Positions 11,184 through 24,712 of a DNA stretch of 64,000 bases are shown here, piece after piece. Both the position numbers and the translations under genes were made by a program. The stretch lies in NCBI RefSeq assembly GCF_040938485.1, contig NW_027273095.1, forward strand, positions 1 to 64,000, given 5' to 3'. Source of the stretch: Diadema antillarum (taxonomy: Eukaryota). Below the pieces are notes generated by a model, which saw only the letters and a list, made by a program, of their open reading frames with translations, made no database searches and was not told where the DNA came from. The number at the start of each line of letters is the position of its first letter. Within the stretch, counting starts at the first letter, position 1.

Positions 11184-13739
11184 GTAAGTTTCTTTGTAGA
11201 CTCTTTCGATATATTGCAAGCAAATATGAAATGGTGCCAGACGGGTTCTCAAGCCCTTACCAGAACTTTGTTTTCACTTTAAGTGCGACCCCTGATGACT
11301 GTTATATTTGTTTGTAATGATATCTACATCTGTACCATATTTTACATTCATCAAGTATAAAGACATTGAACACCTTTATCAGTTCCTTGATTGATCACCT
11401 CCCCCTCCAAAGAGCAAGGGGGAGGTTGGTAGCCGTTGCCCGGGTGAGTGTAGTCTTTTGACAAGGCCTTCTGGCTGAGGCTTGGAAAAGAGACTATAAC
11501 TGCGAGAAACGAGTGAACGCGAGACCGAGTGGGGCAGCCATGAGATATTTTGGAACCTGACATGAATTTCTTTTCTTGAACCTTGTTTTTCGTTGATTCT
11601 GCTACTAAAAAGGTAGCGGCCAATCAAGCGACCGCATTGCTCGCAATAACGTTGCATCTGGTGAATATGCATTTATAAACATGTATGTTGGTGGCTTGCT
11701 CATCCGTAATGCTCTGTAATCCAGCCTGCACTGCCTGTGTTGACACATGATTCATAAGCATACATACTAGTACTGTGGATCAACTCATGAATACATTAAA
11801 ATAATTCATGTTTGCGTACAAAAGTATGTCGCGTAGCGGCAGGGGAAAAAAAAAAGGTTTGAAAAGGCGTTCACCCTTTCTCTCAGTGCTCTGTGTGGCG
11901 AGTTAGTCTCATTCCTCAGCCACGAGGCCTTGTCAAAAGGCTAGGTATAACTCCTGTTAAATCCCAAGCACCCAATCAATTAGCATTGATAATTTGTTGG
12001 GTGGCAGTGGAGGAGGGGTACCACACATAGCAGAGAGGCTTCCCTTCTTCTCCACTTCCTGTCAGCAGTGCCAAATGGTCACAAACTATCTACTCAAGCT
12101 GTAACAGCCTTTTGAAGTTCAGATCACACTGGACTGCTTGAACCCTGCTGTTTCCTTCCTGAAACTGCCCCACCCCTGCATTTAGGGAAACTGTGTAAAT
12201 AGACAAGGTCATAAATATTAAAAGTTTTATCACAAAATGAGTTAACTCCATTTTTGTGAATTTGGGATACTTTAGTTTGTGATTAAAGCTGCTTAGAAAC
12301 AATGAAAATAACAAGAAAATGCAGGATATTTGTAGTCATAACTTCTAGAATATTCTTTGCTATGTAAAAAGTGAGGTATGACTAGACAGGTCTCATTTAG
12401 CTCTATCTCATGATGGACTTAATATTTAAAAAAAAAAAATTAAAATTGTGCTTAACATGTTGTGGGATCAAACTCTTCATAGATGTTGCCAAACACAAGG
12501 ATCTCGAGGAAATTCTTTCATTTTCACAGCTCAAACACAAACCATGTGAAATTTACTATAAACAACACATCACATGATTATCAACAGCAATATCTTGCAA
12601 ACAGTTCACCCCCCTCAAAAAAAAGAAAAGAAAAAAAAGTGGAAAATAAATTTTGTAATGAAACAAAGGGATTTGCATTGTTCCTGGTAGGGGAAACATA
12701 CAGTAGGATGCCGACGGCAAGCAAAGTTTCTGATGGATGTTGAGGTGATTAGAAACAGAATTATTAAAGCGGAAGGGTAAATGAAGTACATCTGTAAAAA
12801 CAACTTGTGAAAGTGAAAAAAAAGACACAAGTAGTCTTTGATTATCACTTTCAAAGAACTGTACACTCTAAATCCCAAATGCAAAAGCAGACATGATGTA
12901 CAAATGTTGTAGGGCTATATAACATAGGGAGAAGAGAATGCTTGACTGCATTGAAATTTGCTTTTTGGAGATTTCTTAACCATTTTTTGGTATATTTAGT
13001 AATGTCACCTTTTTTGTTTTCTTTTTGATCTCAAGCTATAGACTTGAATACCATATTATGTAAAATAGACATTGTTTTACTCTTAGGCTGAATGTGCTGG
13101 ACACATTAACATTGTAATCATTGTATGTATTAAAGGGCCACACAGTGTGGACAAAACTCTGGGTGAAGTTAGGGAGTAGGCCTAAAGCATATAATTATGC
13201 ATCATTAAACCATGCTTGATTTAATGCACATACAGTACATTAATCTGTTATTGCATGCATCAAATACTTGATTTTGAATTTTATGTAGATACTGTATTAT
13301 GGGTACTTTGTACCACTTTTTGCTTATCATGGGAAAAGATTGACTGTAAATGTATACATTGCACAGTTATACAGAGTTAATTTTTGAAATATTAATTCAA
13401 TGTATATTTGGCCTCTGTGTCATTATGAGAAATTTGTATTAATGATACGAGGCAGTGGATGACTCATATTGCTTATTACTGTGGAAGCCCCTTGCATTAA
13501 TCACAGCCAAGCTACAGTGACATCCAGATAGTCAAGTACATGATACCATTATAGGTTGAGACATTTTGATGTGAATGCGCTTTGTGCAACGTGTTTGTTT
13601 TTGTGAATCGTGGAGGAAAGAAATCTAGAAGGAGAGTGATCTCTACATCATATTGCACCCACAAAAATCAGATTTTAATGAGAAAAATATATGTACATGG
13701 TTGTAGATTGAAAAAAAGAAAATCAACCTTTCAGAAATG

Positions 13740-14009
13740 TCTCGCATCTTGTCTGATTCTGACAAGCAATTTCCTTGTCTCGGAGAACAAAATTGATCGT
13801 ATGGACATGGTGATTGCGTAGATATATACACCGAACATCTTATTTACTGAGCAGAGTGCATGCAATGGTACTGGACGTCGTCATGAGCAGTAGAGTTCTT
13901 AGATATGGGCATTAGAGTTTTGCAGAAGGCAATAATCTTGTTTCATGATAGTGCAGACGAGAGATGTTCAAGGATTTACAAATATTTTGCTCGTTGGCAA
14001 GTGAATGTT
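13740..14009 (+). repeat. Left copy of a diverged ~270-bp inverted repeat pair
   Basis: Reverse complement of 15336-15599. Shared blocks: ccttgtctcggagaacaaaattgat, ggtactggacgtc, ataatcttgtttcatga, ttggcaagtgaatgtt. Confidence 0.75.
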
Positions 14010-14114
14010 AGAGTGGATTATTAAAACAAAAACATCTTTTTGTATGTGTGTGCTTTCAAGCATCATAATCTTAATAGTCCTACACTGTATGTGTGTACAC
14101 GTGTAGATGTACTA

Positions 14115-14258
14115 CAGGCATGATATTCTGCAGATTTAAATCTGATGCCACATTTTTTTTTTCTCAAGTGTACACACATTTTGCTTTGTCCATGTCTCAA
14201 AATCACTCTGAAAATTTTGATTTCCGATTTTTTTCAACAAACCTCAATATCATCCCTG
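14115..14258. mobile_element. 144-bp MITE with CAGG(C/G)ATGATATT TIRs (hAT-like)
   Basis: TIR caggcatgatatt / aatatcatccctg. GTACTA on both flanks. Sibling at 19679-19823. Confidence 0.7.
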
Positions 14259-15335
14259 GTACTATGAAGGTGGGTAAAGAATGTTTAACATACAGAAACT
14301 GTATACGTTATGTATGTACCATGTACGCCAGTCCCTATTGTACATTTTAAGAATGTTTGCCAACTATGAAGCGATCATGTTAAGTCCTTGAAGCTTTTAC
14401 CTATTTTGTAAGGCTGGCATTGAAGTTTGTTTGCTGGCCCAGTTTCACTCTACGTGAATACAATGCATATCATACAATTGGCTCTATTCATTTGCAAATG
14501 ACATGACTCAAAAAAAGTGTCGAACACTTACTATGTAGGCCTAGATGTACAGTGTACAATTGTATGTCTTTATGCCCCTACGTTGTAAGTTAAATTGAAA
14601 GTATGTAATGTCAGTACTGACAATGACACTGGGAATTTACATAAATTTCATTCGTAATATTCCACATTTTTGGTTGAATTTTCCTTTTGTGTTACATGCT
14701 ATTCAGATTATATTTTATGCAAAGAAAATGATGTGAGAAGAAATCCCTCACCTTTTTTCAATTCATTGTCTATCCAGCCATAAACCAAGTTCTTCAAGCA
14801 CTTTGTATTTATAAACCAACTTGGTATTTAACTGTAGAATTTTAAAGATGCACAGTAGGTGCTGCATTTAATGGAAATCCTCTAAAACTGTGCCGCAGTG
14901 TAAAGGAAATACAAGGGCAGCATGAATTTGAAATGTGAACATCCTGTGGAGCCATCTCAATTTGGATAGTTAGCTTCTGTTAGGTGCATTGGATTGCACG
15001 ATTACTTGTCAGAGATTTTGTCCTTTTTTTGTTCTGTAGAGGAAATCATCCTTCTCTTTTTTCTTATATAATTTGAGATCTTACATCAAAATTTTTACCA
15101 AATTTTGTGAAGATGGCCTTTGGGTCGGTATCAAAATATCTCTCTGACGTCGGATTAATTTTACCAGAGCAGAAATTATAGCAGTGAAAAGGAAGAGATT
15201 AAGAGATGAAAGCTCACAGTCTACAAGATTTGGATGTTGTACACACATAGCATTCAGATTATGATGCTTGAAATACACTGCAATGTGCATGGACCACATA
15301 CTTTAAAAGATGTTTGTGTTTAATGAATTTACTGA

Positions 15336-15599
15336 AACATTCACTTGCCAATGAGGAAAACACTTGTAGATCCTACAAACATGGACAACTCTCTTCCGCA
15401 ATGTTAGCAGTGTCATGAAACAAGATTATCGCCTTCAGCAAACTACATTGTATACTGCTCATGAGGACGTCCAGTACCAATGCGTGCATTCAGATCAGTA
15501 AATCAGATGTTCTGTGTACATCTACACAACAATACATGAAATCAATTTTGTTCTCCGAGACAAGGAATATTGCTCATCAGAATCAGGCAAGATGAGAGA
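15336..15599 (-). repeat. Right copy of the diverged inverted repeat pair
   Basis: Reverse-complement similarity to 13740-14009. Confidence 0.75.
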
Positions 15600-15709
15600 T
15601 GACCAAGACGCCCCAAAACCTGACATCAGCTGCAAGTGCCATGGTACTCAGTATACTAATTAATACAAAAGATTGGGAAATATTAAGTGTTTATTACTGT
15701 ATCACTCAC

Positions 15710-15920
15710 TACTGTAAAACAAAATATTTTTGCGGCATGAAATTTTCGTGAATTGGAGCTGACGGCCTTTTTCGTGGCCTGAAATTTTCGCGAGTTGCCT
15801 CTAACATTCAATGCATATAGTGTAGACAGGATCTATAGTGTGCATTTTAATTTCGCGAAACTCGGCTCTCGCAAAATTCACGAAATTAAAATGCATGCGA
15901 ACATTACTCGTTTTACAGTA
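15710..15920. mobile_element. 211-bp TA-flanked MITE (TTTCGCG family)
   Basis: TACTGTAAAAC...GTTTTACAGTA termini and internal TTT(T)CGCG motifs. Confidence 0.8.
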
Positions 15921-16276
15921 TTCCTTTCCTACATCCTTTTTCTGCTGTGGATGATTAAGGCAGCTACCATTCTGTGAAGATGAAAGAACTTACTTTTTCA
16001 CGAAAATTTTGTAGTGTGACTATATACATTGAGTATAATATATGTAAGCATGCCATAAAGTTTCATGACTTTCTTTTTGAAAATAGAAATGTGGCTTGCT
16101 GTTCTGCTAGACACTTTGGTGATACCTTGCCAGGTACAGCTCCAATCCTGGATGACATTTTGTTGTTCTTTGCTGAAGAAGAAAACCCTTCCTGTTTTCA
16201 TTCTCCCACCCACCAGAAATGCAAAAAATCAAAATCTCTGTGGAGAATTTTAAGCAGGAAGAAAAAGAGAGACATA

Positions 16277-16277
16277 T

Positions 16278-16321
<44 letters not shown>

Positions 16322-16332
16322 AGGGGGGGGGG
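16277..16332. repeat. Compound (TA)n(GA)n microsatellite plus G-run
   Basis: Directly visible. Confidence 0.9.
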
Positions 16333-16626
16333 GGCAAGAGAAAGGGAGAGAGGTTTGTTTTGTTTGTTTGGTTTTTTTTTATACATGTATATTTTTTGCC
16401 TCCATTACTATGTTTCCATCAGCAGAATTGCACTGCTTGATATTGTGCAGATAAAGTCTTGTGGGCAAGTTTGCTCAAATAGCTTTCAGGGTTGTGCATA
16501 AGTGAGATGGAGGAGTCTCAAGCACTAGTCCAACTTGGTTTGATTGTATGCTACAGATTGAAGTATTCACAATACCATAATAGATGGTTGTCTGTCAGTC
16601 TGTGTGTCTGTGCATAATCATCTCCT

Positions 16627-16640
16627 GTTGCTATGGTAAC
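16627..16640. promoter_or_regulatory. Isolated RFX X-box-like motif GTTGCTATGGTAAC
   Basis: Matches the 14-bp RFX/DAF-19 X-box consensus. Function untested. Confidence 0.3.
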
Positions 16641-17190
16641 AGCAGAATACTGCATCCAGACTAATCGGAAAGTGGTGTGATCAACTGCATACATTTTAGG
16701 GTTGTGAGGTATTAAAAGGCAATGTGCAAAGGATTTGGGTTGGTTGAAACTGAACTTTCACTTCTAGTATATAGGCCTATTAATAAGAAACGCTCTCATG
16801 TACATGTGATTATCAAAAAGTGAAGGTACATTGTATTTCACCATAATATACTATGAGAGAATAATATTTTGATTTGATCACAGGATGCAGTAGATGCAAT
16901 GTATAGGTCAGGTGAATATCAAATTGCAAAATGAAAATCTTCATGAAAACTGCAGTATTTTTTTTTCTTCTCTTTTCAGTGTTGTAATAGCAACACTAAA
17001 TTTCATCAGAAGCAACAGCTGGTATCATGACAAATTTGAAAGCTGGCTTGGTGTAAATTTTGTTAGCTTACCTGTGATACTGCCTGACAAAACATATCAA
17101 ACACACAGTGGGGGTTGATTGAGACAGAAAAAATGTATGGCTGTATGAGTAGACCCCCCCCCCCCCTCCCCTTGTAGTAAAAGTCATTAA

Positions 17191-17572
17191 TAGGCCCGTT
17201 CACACACAACGGAAATCGAAATTACAATCGCGATCCAAATTTCGATTTTTTTTTTCCGACCGTTCATACACAGGGAAAAATCGCACTTCGCAGCAAGGAA
17301 AGAATGATCAGTGGCCAAATTGCGCATGCCCGAAACTTGTATGACCGAAGACTGACCCCGCAGTCCCAATAGAGTTTCGCGCCCGCGCGATTCAAAGAGA
17401 CTCGATTTTGTAAACAAGCAAAATAATCGCGATTATTCTGAAAAATCGCACTAATAGTGCAAGTTGGATGTGAGATTTTTCCGTCCACACACGAAAAAAT
17501 TTCGAAATTTTGATCGCGATAAGAAAATCGATTTTTAAATCGCACTTTTTCCCTTGTGTGTGAACGGGCCTA
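17191..17572. mobile_element. 382-bp MITE, TIR resembling PIF/Harbinger
   Basis: Perfect 19-bp TIR TAGGCCCGTTCACACACAA / TTGTGTGTGAACGGGCCTA and internal AATCG(C/A) repeats. No clean 3-bp TSD. Confidence 0.8.
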
Positions 17573-17679
17573 CAGTCTATTGTGGTAGAGTACAGTACTT
17601 CATGAGCCTGCCACAGTGAGCAGGAAACCATAAAAATGGTTTCACTGAATGCTTGTACATGTCTCATGGTCACAAGAGA

Positions 17680-17827
17680 NNNNNNNNNNNNNNNNNNNNN
17701 NNNNNNNNNNNNNNNNNNNNNNNNNNNNNNNNNNNNNNNNNNNNNNNNNNNNNNNNNNNNNNNNNNNNNNNNNNNNNNNNNNNNNNNNNNNNNNNNNNNN
17801 NNNNNNNNNNNNNNNNNNNNNNNNNNN
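17680..17827. other. Assembly gap (148 N)
   Basis: Run of N. Confidence 1.
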
Positions 17828-19678
17828 AAAGAAGAGATCAGATAATATGAAGAGTGGATGTAGGCATCCATCTTTAGTATCTTTATTTTGAAGATGTAGA
17901 AGATGAGAGTGATGAGAATACAAAAAAGGACTCTGTTCACACCCACATTTGATTTCGCTCAGGCCCACTCCATTTTTTCATGTGTTTGTGTGGTTTCTTG
18001 AATTTACATTGTATGTGGCAATTGCAACATCATACAGATGTACATCGATGATTAAATTTTTACATTGAATCAGTGTATTCACTCTACCGTGGTGTGGTAG
18101 CACAAACTGTAGTTGTAGGTATACATGTACGATGTCACTCTACGTGAGAAATTGGAATATTGATACCAAAAACTTGTTATGACCAACACTTTTTAACTGA
18201 CATTCATGTACATGTAGTCTGGGACAATATGGAAAGATTCAATTCGTGTGAGGAGTGTTTTGGGGTTGTTTAGAGGCCTAGGGGTAAAATAATATATTGT
18301 AAGGGTTAAGGTATATAGACACTTTACATTGAACAAGCTGCCTGGCTTCGAGGGCCGTTATTTCCTTCAGACCATGTTCATGTTGAGATTCTTCACCTCC
18401 CCCCCCCCCCCCTCCCTCTTCGCTCTCTTGAAGAGAAAGAAAGCGCAGACACCTAGCCTGTGGGGTTCAGCTTTTATTACATATTAATGATCGCTCGGGT
18501 AGAATGCAGGTTGAGGGGGGAAGTCTTCCTCACGGCATGTGATCGATTGTTGTGTTATGGTGCCCCATACAAATTAGACGAGATGGTCTGTCGTTGCCAC
18601 CGGATACGTTCACTCTATGGGAGTTTTTCATCTTCTACTGTGTGCAAGGAAGGTCAAGGGTTGACCCTGTTAAAGGGAAACCTAGCTAGAAACATTGTAC
18701 ATAAATCTGTCTCAAAAGTGTGTTATTGAGAATCTAAATTTATAGGAGGTACATTGTAGTTAAGAAGTAAGCTTGCACTGCAAAGTCCTCAGTCGGATCA
18801 ATGCGAGAGACAACAGAATTATCATCACCATATTCAAGGGAAGTAGTGTTTGTTTGGTGGCAAAGCAGCTCTGGAAACAGCTGAAATATACGGAAATTAA
18901 TATTTGATGAGAGCTTGAAATGCTGTCAGGACTTAATGCAGCTGCAATTCGTCATCAGACCCATTATTATATTTCCATTGGGACTTATAATAATTGATCA
19001 TGAAGTAGTTGTTATCAATCAATAGAGAATTGATACAGCCATTCTTCATTAGGGGGAAAAACAACACTGATGTGTGAAATGTCATTGAAGCAAGGTGATA
19101 ATGTTTTGCTTATCACAAGAGTAGAGTCACCAATAGGCAATTTGAAAACAGTAAACCATCACCTCATGTTGTTTTAGCACCGATAATGATTGTTGCATCC
19201 AACGTAGCAGTTGCCCAGCAACCATGAGAAAGATTGATCAATTACCCTCTGATTACTCTGATCACAAAACTCAGATGGCAATACATGTGTCATACAAGTC
19301 CTTGCAATATTTTGAAAGTGAGGACTAAAGCTTGTATGTTTTTACAGTACCTGTAATAGTTATGTTGCTCCACTGGCATAGAATATGCGATAGTTCCCTT
19401 TCATAGAGGTAAACAAAACAAATATTAAATATAATGCAAAGGTAGTTTTGTTCGTAGTGTTTTGTATGAGGGAAATGAGGGATTTGGAAGAAGACATTTT
19501 GTGGTAGGATTTTTCTTCTGTTTGTCTCCCTCTGTACAAATGAAATTTGTACTTCATCTTTCCCAATCTGTTTGATCATCTCTTGCTTTCAAGACATATT
19601 TGATTCCAAAGGCCTTTGAGATAACACCCCAGATAATGGCTGAATTATTATCTTCATCTTTTCTTCTCGGAATCCTGG

Positions 19679-19823
19679 CAGACATGATATTCTGTAGATT
19701 TAAACCTGATTTCAGAATTTTTTTTTTTAAATCAAGTCTGTACACATTTTGCTATTTTCATGTATCAAAATCACCTGAAAATTTTGATTTCCGATTTTTT
19801 CAAATACCTCAATATCATCCCTG
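19679..19823. mobile_element. 145-bp MITE, sibling of 14115-14258
   Basis: cagacatgatatt...aatatcatccctg with the shared core gaaaattttgatttccgattttt. CCTGG on both flanks. Confidence 0.7.
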
Positions 19824-21637
19824 CCTGGGCATATGGCTGACAAAAATATATATTATATACATATATAAAAATGAAGAAAAAAAAGTAGGGAAAGAAAATT
19901 AAGCTTGCAGTATGTTCCTGTTGGTTAATGAATATGGCTTGTTACAGCATCATGGTAATGAGATGAAAGGTTCAAGTGTTCTTCAGTTAGATAATATGTA
20001 GTGGACTTATGAAAAAGAAGAAAGAAGATTTCATTTTTATATTAAAAAATGCACAAGTGTACAAACGTGTACAATGTATATGCTGAATGTAGTGTACACC
20101 ATAATTGAAATCATGAGCAATACATTTTCCTCTCTGCCCACATCAAATTCTCTTTTCTCTTGACCTTTGATCACCGGCATAGGGTGGAGCATTTGCAAAT
20201 ATTAAAGTTATGATCTATTGCGGGAAGAGATCACTGCGATGCAACACAGGAGTCCAATTAGTTCCACCTTCGATAAACGTGTTGCTCCTGAATTGTGCAT
20301 GATGCCGAAATTAAGACTTCGCAGATTACGAGAGGAGTGTGAATATAGCATTTCTGTGTTGATATACAGCAGACTTTGGAGGTGGTCATGAAGGGAAAAT
20401 GTTTTATTGTTTGCTGCCTTTTTGGTTGTGAAGGAAACATAAAGATTCTGTGAGAAGCTATGTGTTTAAATGACTTTTAATACAGCAAAATCATACAAAT
20501 AGAACTGAAAGTTACATTAAGACTAGGCAGTCGTGTATAGATTAAGACAAGATACCTTCCCTTATATCGTATTCCCATTATCTTTAACTCAAAACTAAAC
20601 TGTAATTCCCCCCCCCAAAAAAAAACAAAACAAAAAACAAATACATGAAGACGCTATATCCATGACCAAGTCGTTATTCAAGGACCCTAATGATGAAGAG
20701 ATAATGATATTTTTTTGTGTGTGTTAAAAGCAGAGTTGCTACATTATTGACATACAAGTGTGTAATACCTTCAACCCGAAGGATGCTGAACTGAAGACAT
20801 TATTGGAATAGGTTTCAAATTAAATCAATAGGAAACATATGTTCAGGGATAACATTACATCATGCAATTAATTGTGATTGTATCTTATATCACTGCTTTG
20901 TGAAAATATTCATAAAAATCATTGTTTTGTGACTTTCTCATTTCATGTTTGTCCCATTGTAATGAAACTTTCAATGCTCTGTTTTATTTGAATTCACTCT
21001 TTTCATTAAAGTCAGCTTGAAAACAGAGTCGGAGTTTCTCTGTAATATAGTGGCAGAGACGCGTTCCCTGGCATATAAGTGCGAGTCTGTGGGTTGATGC
21101 TGGGATGGAGATACAACTGCTATGAATATCTTATAGTGCTGTCTGGGGACCGCGGGATTGTCTTGAAATTGATAATGCAAGTTATGCATGACACTGTGTA
21201 CAATAACTGACTGTGTGGCTTGGATAGTCAGTCTTGGAGACTGCAATAAGGCAGCATAGTGAATACACACACAGGAATATATATTTCACTCTGTTCTCCG
21301 CTTATCTGTTTTTCGTCTCTATGTTATATATATAGAGAAAATGTCATGGTTTTCAGGGGCTGCATTGCTTTATCTAGTGGATCTTGAGGTGAAATAGTAT
21401 ATCCTCGCAGGTAGCTTTAACACACTCGGTGGCTAACCATTTCCTCTGGGCTAGATTTGTGGTGGATAGGGAAGGGGCTGTGACTGGGAAACAACAAGAA
21501 AGCAAAGAGATTACAAATGAAATGGCTTGTTGTGGCTGATTTAATGTGCTGGTAAGGTAAGGATAAAGAGTCATAAAATCTTGGGTCGTATTTGCAGTCA
21601 ATACGTTTACCAACAGTTATTGCTTCTCAAAATAGTG

Positions 21638-21884
21638 TACTTGTATACGCCAAATATTTCACAAGGTTTTTATTTTCGCGAATTTCACAAGTCAGGTGCT
21701 ATTCGCAAAATTAAAGACACACAAAAATATTGACTCTGATCCAGATGTGAATGTGACTTTACACGTGTACACTTCTCCGTTCAGTTAAGGACACCACGAT
21801 CGCGAATTTAACCACTTGCGAAATCGTCGGGAATTCCCAATACATGAAAAATTTAGACTCCGGAAATATATGGCGTATACAGTA
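21638..21884. mobile_element. ~247-bp TA-flanked MITE (TTTCGCG family)
   Basis: TGTATACGCCA...TGGCGTATACAGTA termini. Related to 37619-38145. Confidence 0.75.
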
Positions 21885-23040
21885 CGTTTGGTGTATTTCA
21901 CTGTTCGTCTTATAAAATTTTATTTATTTATTTATTTATTATTAATTTTTTTAATTTTTTTTTTGGGGGGAGGTTGAATTTTAAGCATTGAATGAATATT
22001 GTGAAATCAACAACCTTCAAACATTCAATGTACATTCTGTAATACCTCCCATTATAGAAATGCTGTGTATATTGTCAGTATTTGTATTAATATTCATCAC
22101 CAGGATGGGAAATCACTAAAAATCACTTTCTTTTCTCCTAAAAAAATGATATATTACAGATTTCTCATTCCATCACTGCAGTTCACATTCATGAATATAT
22201 ATATATTAAAGTTAAACCTCTTGCATAATTGTCTTGCTGTAGTCTCGTTTCACAAAATTGTATGCATAATGCATGATGCGTACAATCAGTTCTATGATAG
22301 TGCTTCGGTAACACATCGAAGACTACATGTAGTATACTAGTAAGAGGTATTTTCAGTGTGTCAGATTTATGCGGTCAACTCCCCACATTTATGTGCATTT
22401 GAATGTGGAAAACACAGAGATGAAATGCTGCTGATCATGTGACATAAAAATGAATACATGTATTATGATCTGTGCATTGCTTCTTTTGCATTTTCCTCCT
22501 GTTAGTGGCCATAGTAAACCTGTAGTACTACGTGAAGAGATATACCGGTACTATTCAAATCTTGTGCAGTTGGCGAAGGTGGAATATGCAGCACTGTACT
22601 TGCAGAGCATTTATGAGGGTTTTGCGTTTTAATCTGTGTTTTGGTGTGTGTGTGTGTGTGTGTGTGTGCTTTAATTCACTCAGTGAGCATTATGGAACAT
22701 TTGAAAAAAATATAGGCCTACAGACATGTACAGGTACCGGTATACTAGTATTAGCTGTGTGTCTATTATGTATGGTGCACGGTTTATAGGTCTGTGGTAG
22801 AAAAAATACACAAAAGATGCTCAGATTTGTTCATTGAGGGTCACTTATTTGTGTCTCTGTGTCAGAATGGGGTCAAATGTACAACAGTATAATTTGTACA
22901 AATTACAACACTTTACATGTTCTGGTCCAAGAAGAATTGACCAGACTCGAGGACCCATGTGGGTTTAATATCAAACACTGTCAACTATAACATTGATAAA
23001 TTCTAGTGTCTCTCTACACCAGTGATGTGCATTCTATACA

Positions 23041-23294
23041 TGCAGACCTCCCAATCATTCTGAATTTGGAGGAAAGAATCTGAATTTTGACAATTGTGCA
23101 CCCTTGTTTTCATCTGATTTTCTTATTTTTCTTGATAATTTCACTACACACTCTTATAAGATGTGCTGTTTCTTATCCCATTTTTGTTTTTATTTTTATT
23201 TATTTATTCATTTATTATTATTATTAGTATTATCATTATTTTTTTTTTTTCAGAATCATCCCTATTTTCAGTAAGCCAGGTTGGGAGGTCTGCA
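23041..23294. mobile_element. 254-bp MITE with 14-bp TIR
   Basis: Perfect TIR TGCAGACCTCCCAA / TTGGGAGGTCTGCA. No TSD recognised. Confidence 0.6.
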
Positions 23295-24712
23295 GTATGG
23301 CCCCAACAAACCAAATTGTTTTAATCTTTATAGATTTACAGAGAACATTATCAAATGTGTAACTTGGAGTGTGAAGTGTAACAAGTCAAGCCATGTCTGA
23401 ATGACACTAAAGTATCTGTTGTGTGCAATGTGGTAAACAGAGACGTGGCACACCTGTTTCATGCTGTAAAAGTTCTACAACACATGTGGTATTCATATTT
23501 ACTGCCAGTGCAAGCTACCGAGTCATGCCACAAATATGCACAGAAAGGGTTCAGAGTGAGGTCAAATGGATTCTCCGAACTTTACACAAAGTCAAATTTA
23601 TTTACCTGAATGCCAAGCTTGTGACAATACCAGCTTTTCCGGTAGCTTTGGAGTAAACAAACAAAACCATCAACAAAAAACAAAACAACAACAACAACAA
23701 CATAACAAAATAAACAATAACATGTATATGTTTTTCCATGCCATTTTTTTTTTTTTTTTTTAGTGCATGTAGGCTCATAGATGCTTATCTGTTTTGATGA
23801 AGTCACCACACACTTGTAGTTTGCTTCAGGGGCTCAGAACAACAATAAGTGAATGGATTTATTTTAACATTTATTCATTCTGTGTTCTTTTACAGGGTAG
23901 TCTCGTCAGTACATAAAACTGCTTTACATGAGAGCCTTGTATTAAATAAAAATATCAAAATACAGTTTACAATTTGAAACAAATTTTGAACAGTACAGTG
24001 TTACAATCCATAACAACACATTACATAAAATACAATACAAAATCAAAATATAAAATTGAATATGATATAAGATGAATAAAATATAACAATGTAAACTTAA
24101 AGTATGTCTTACATTCAGAATAACAGTATACATTTATTATAACTAGTAATTATAGATGTAAATAGACAAGACCGATATTTGGAAAGAAAGGGTGCAACAC
24201 CAAGCTGAAAGCATTTAAGATGAATATAAGTGTTCCGCACTTACTGATTGTTATATAACACCTGTAAATCATGATTAAATGTCACAGGAAAATTTTTCTT
24301 CTCTAGGGAGAATATTGCTTCAAATGAAAGACATAATACTTAGTGGCTTTATTTTCATCCAGAATAAGTAATTATGGTTCTGTTAAACAAAATGTTTATA
24401 TTTCTGATTTGATTTGGCATGCTTAATTTGAGCAATTTTACCATTCTAACGAAAGTGTTATTTCAGTCATTGTTCCTATAGAATCTGTTTTCAACTGTGC
24501 AGATGTTGCTAGTCAAAATACAGTGTGCATTAACAGAGCAATATTGGAAACGAATGGACATCTTTTAGGGAGCTAGGAGACGTACATATATAGGCCTACA
24601 TGCCTATTTATATTTCTTTAATACTCATTCTTCATTTTTCTCAAGTTGTGGTCCAAGCAAGCAGCATGTGGGCTATTGTATGCACAATCTAGTTTATCCT
24701 GTATCATTCACA

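Noticed and set aside
11341-11700. Possible DIRS/tyrosine-recombinase retroelement remnant
   Set aside because: No RT, RNase H or YR motifs in any frame and no terminal repeat structure found.
11880-11960. tRNA/SINE-like A-box (GTGGCGAGTTAG)
   Set aside because: No B-box or cloverleaf.
17392-17968. ORFs spanning the N gap
   Set aside because: Artefacts of N translation and MITE sequence; the same applies to 61820-62137.
22450-22789. Overlapping ORFs (GHSKPVVLREEIYRYY..., YYVKRYTGTIQIL...) after pyrimidine tracts
   Set aside because: Several competing acceptors and frames, no homology, and no clear donor.
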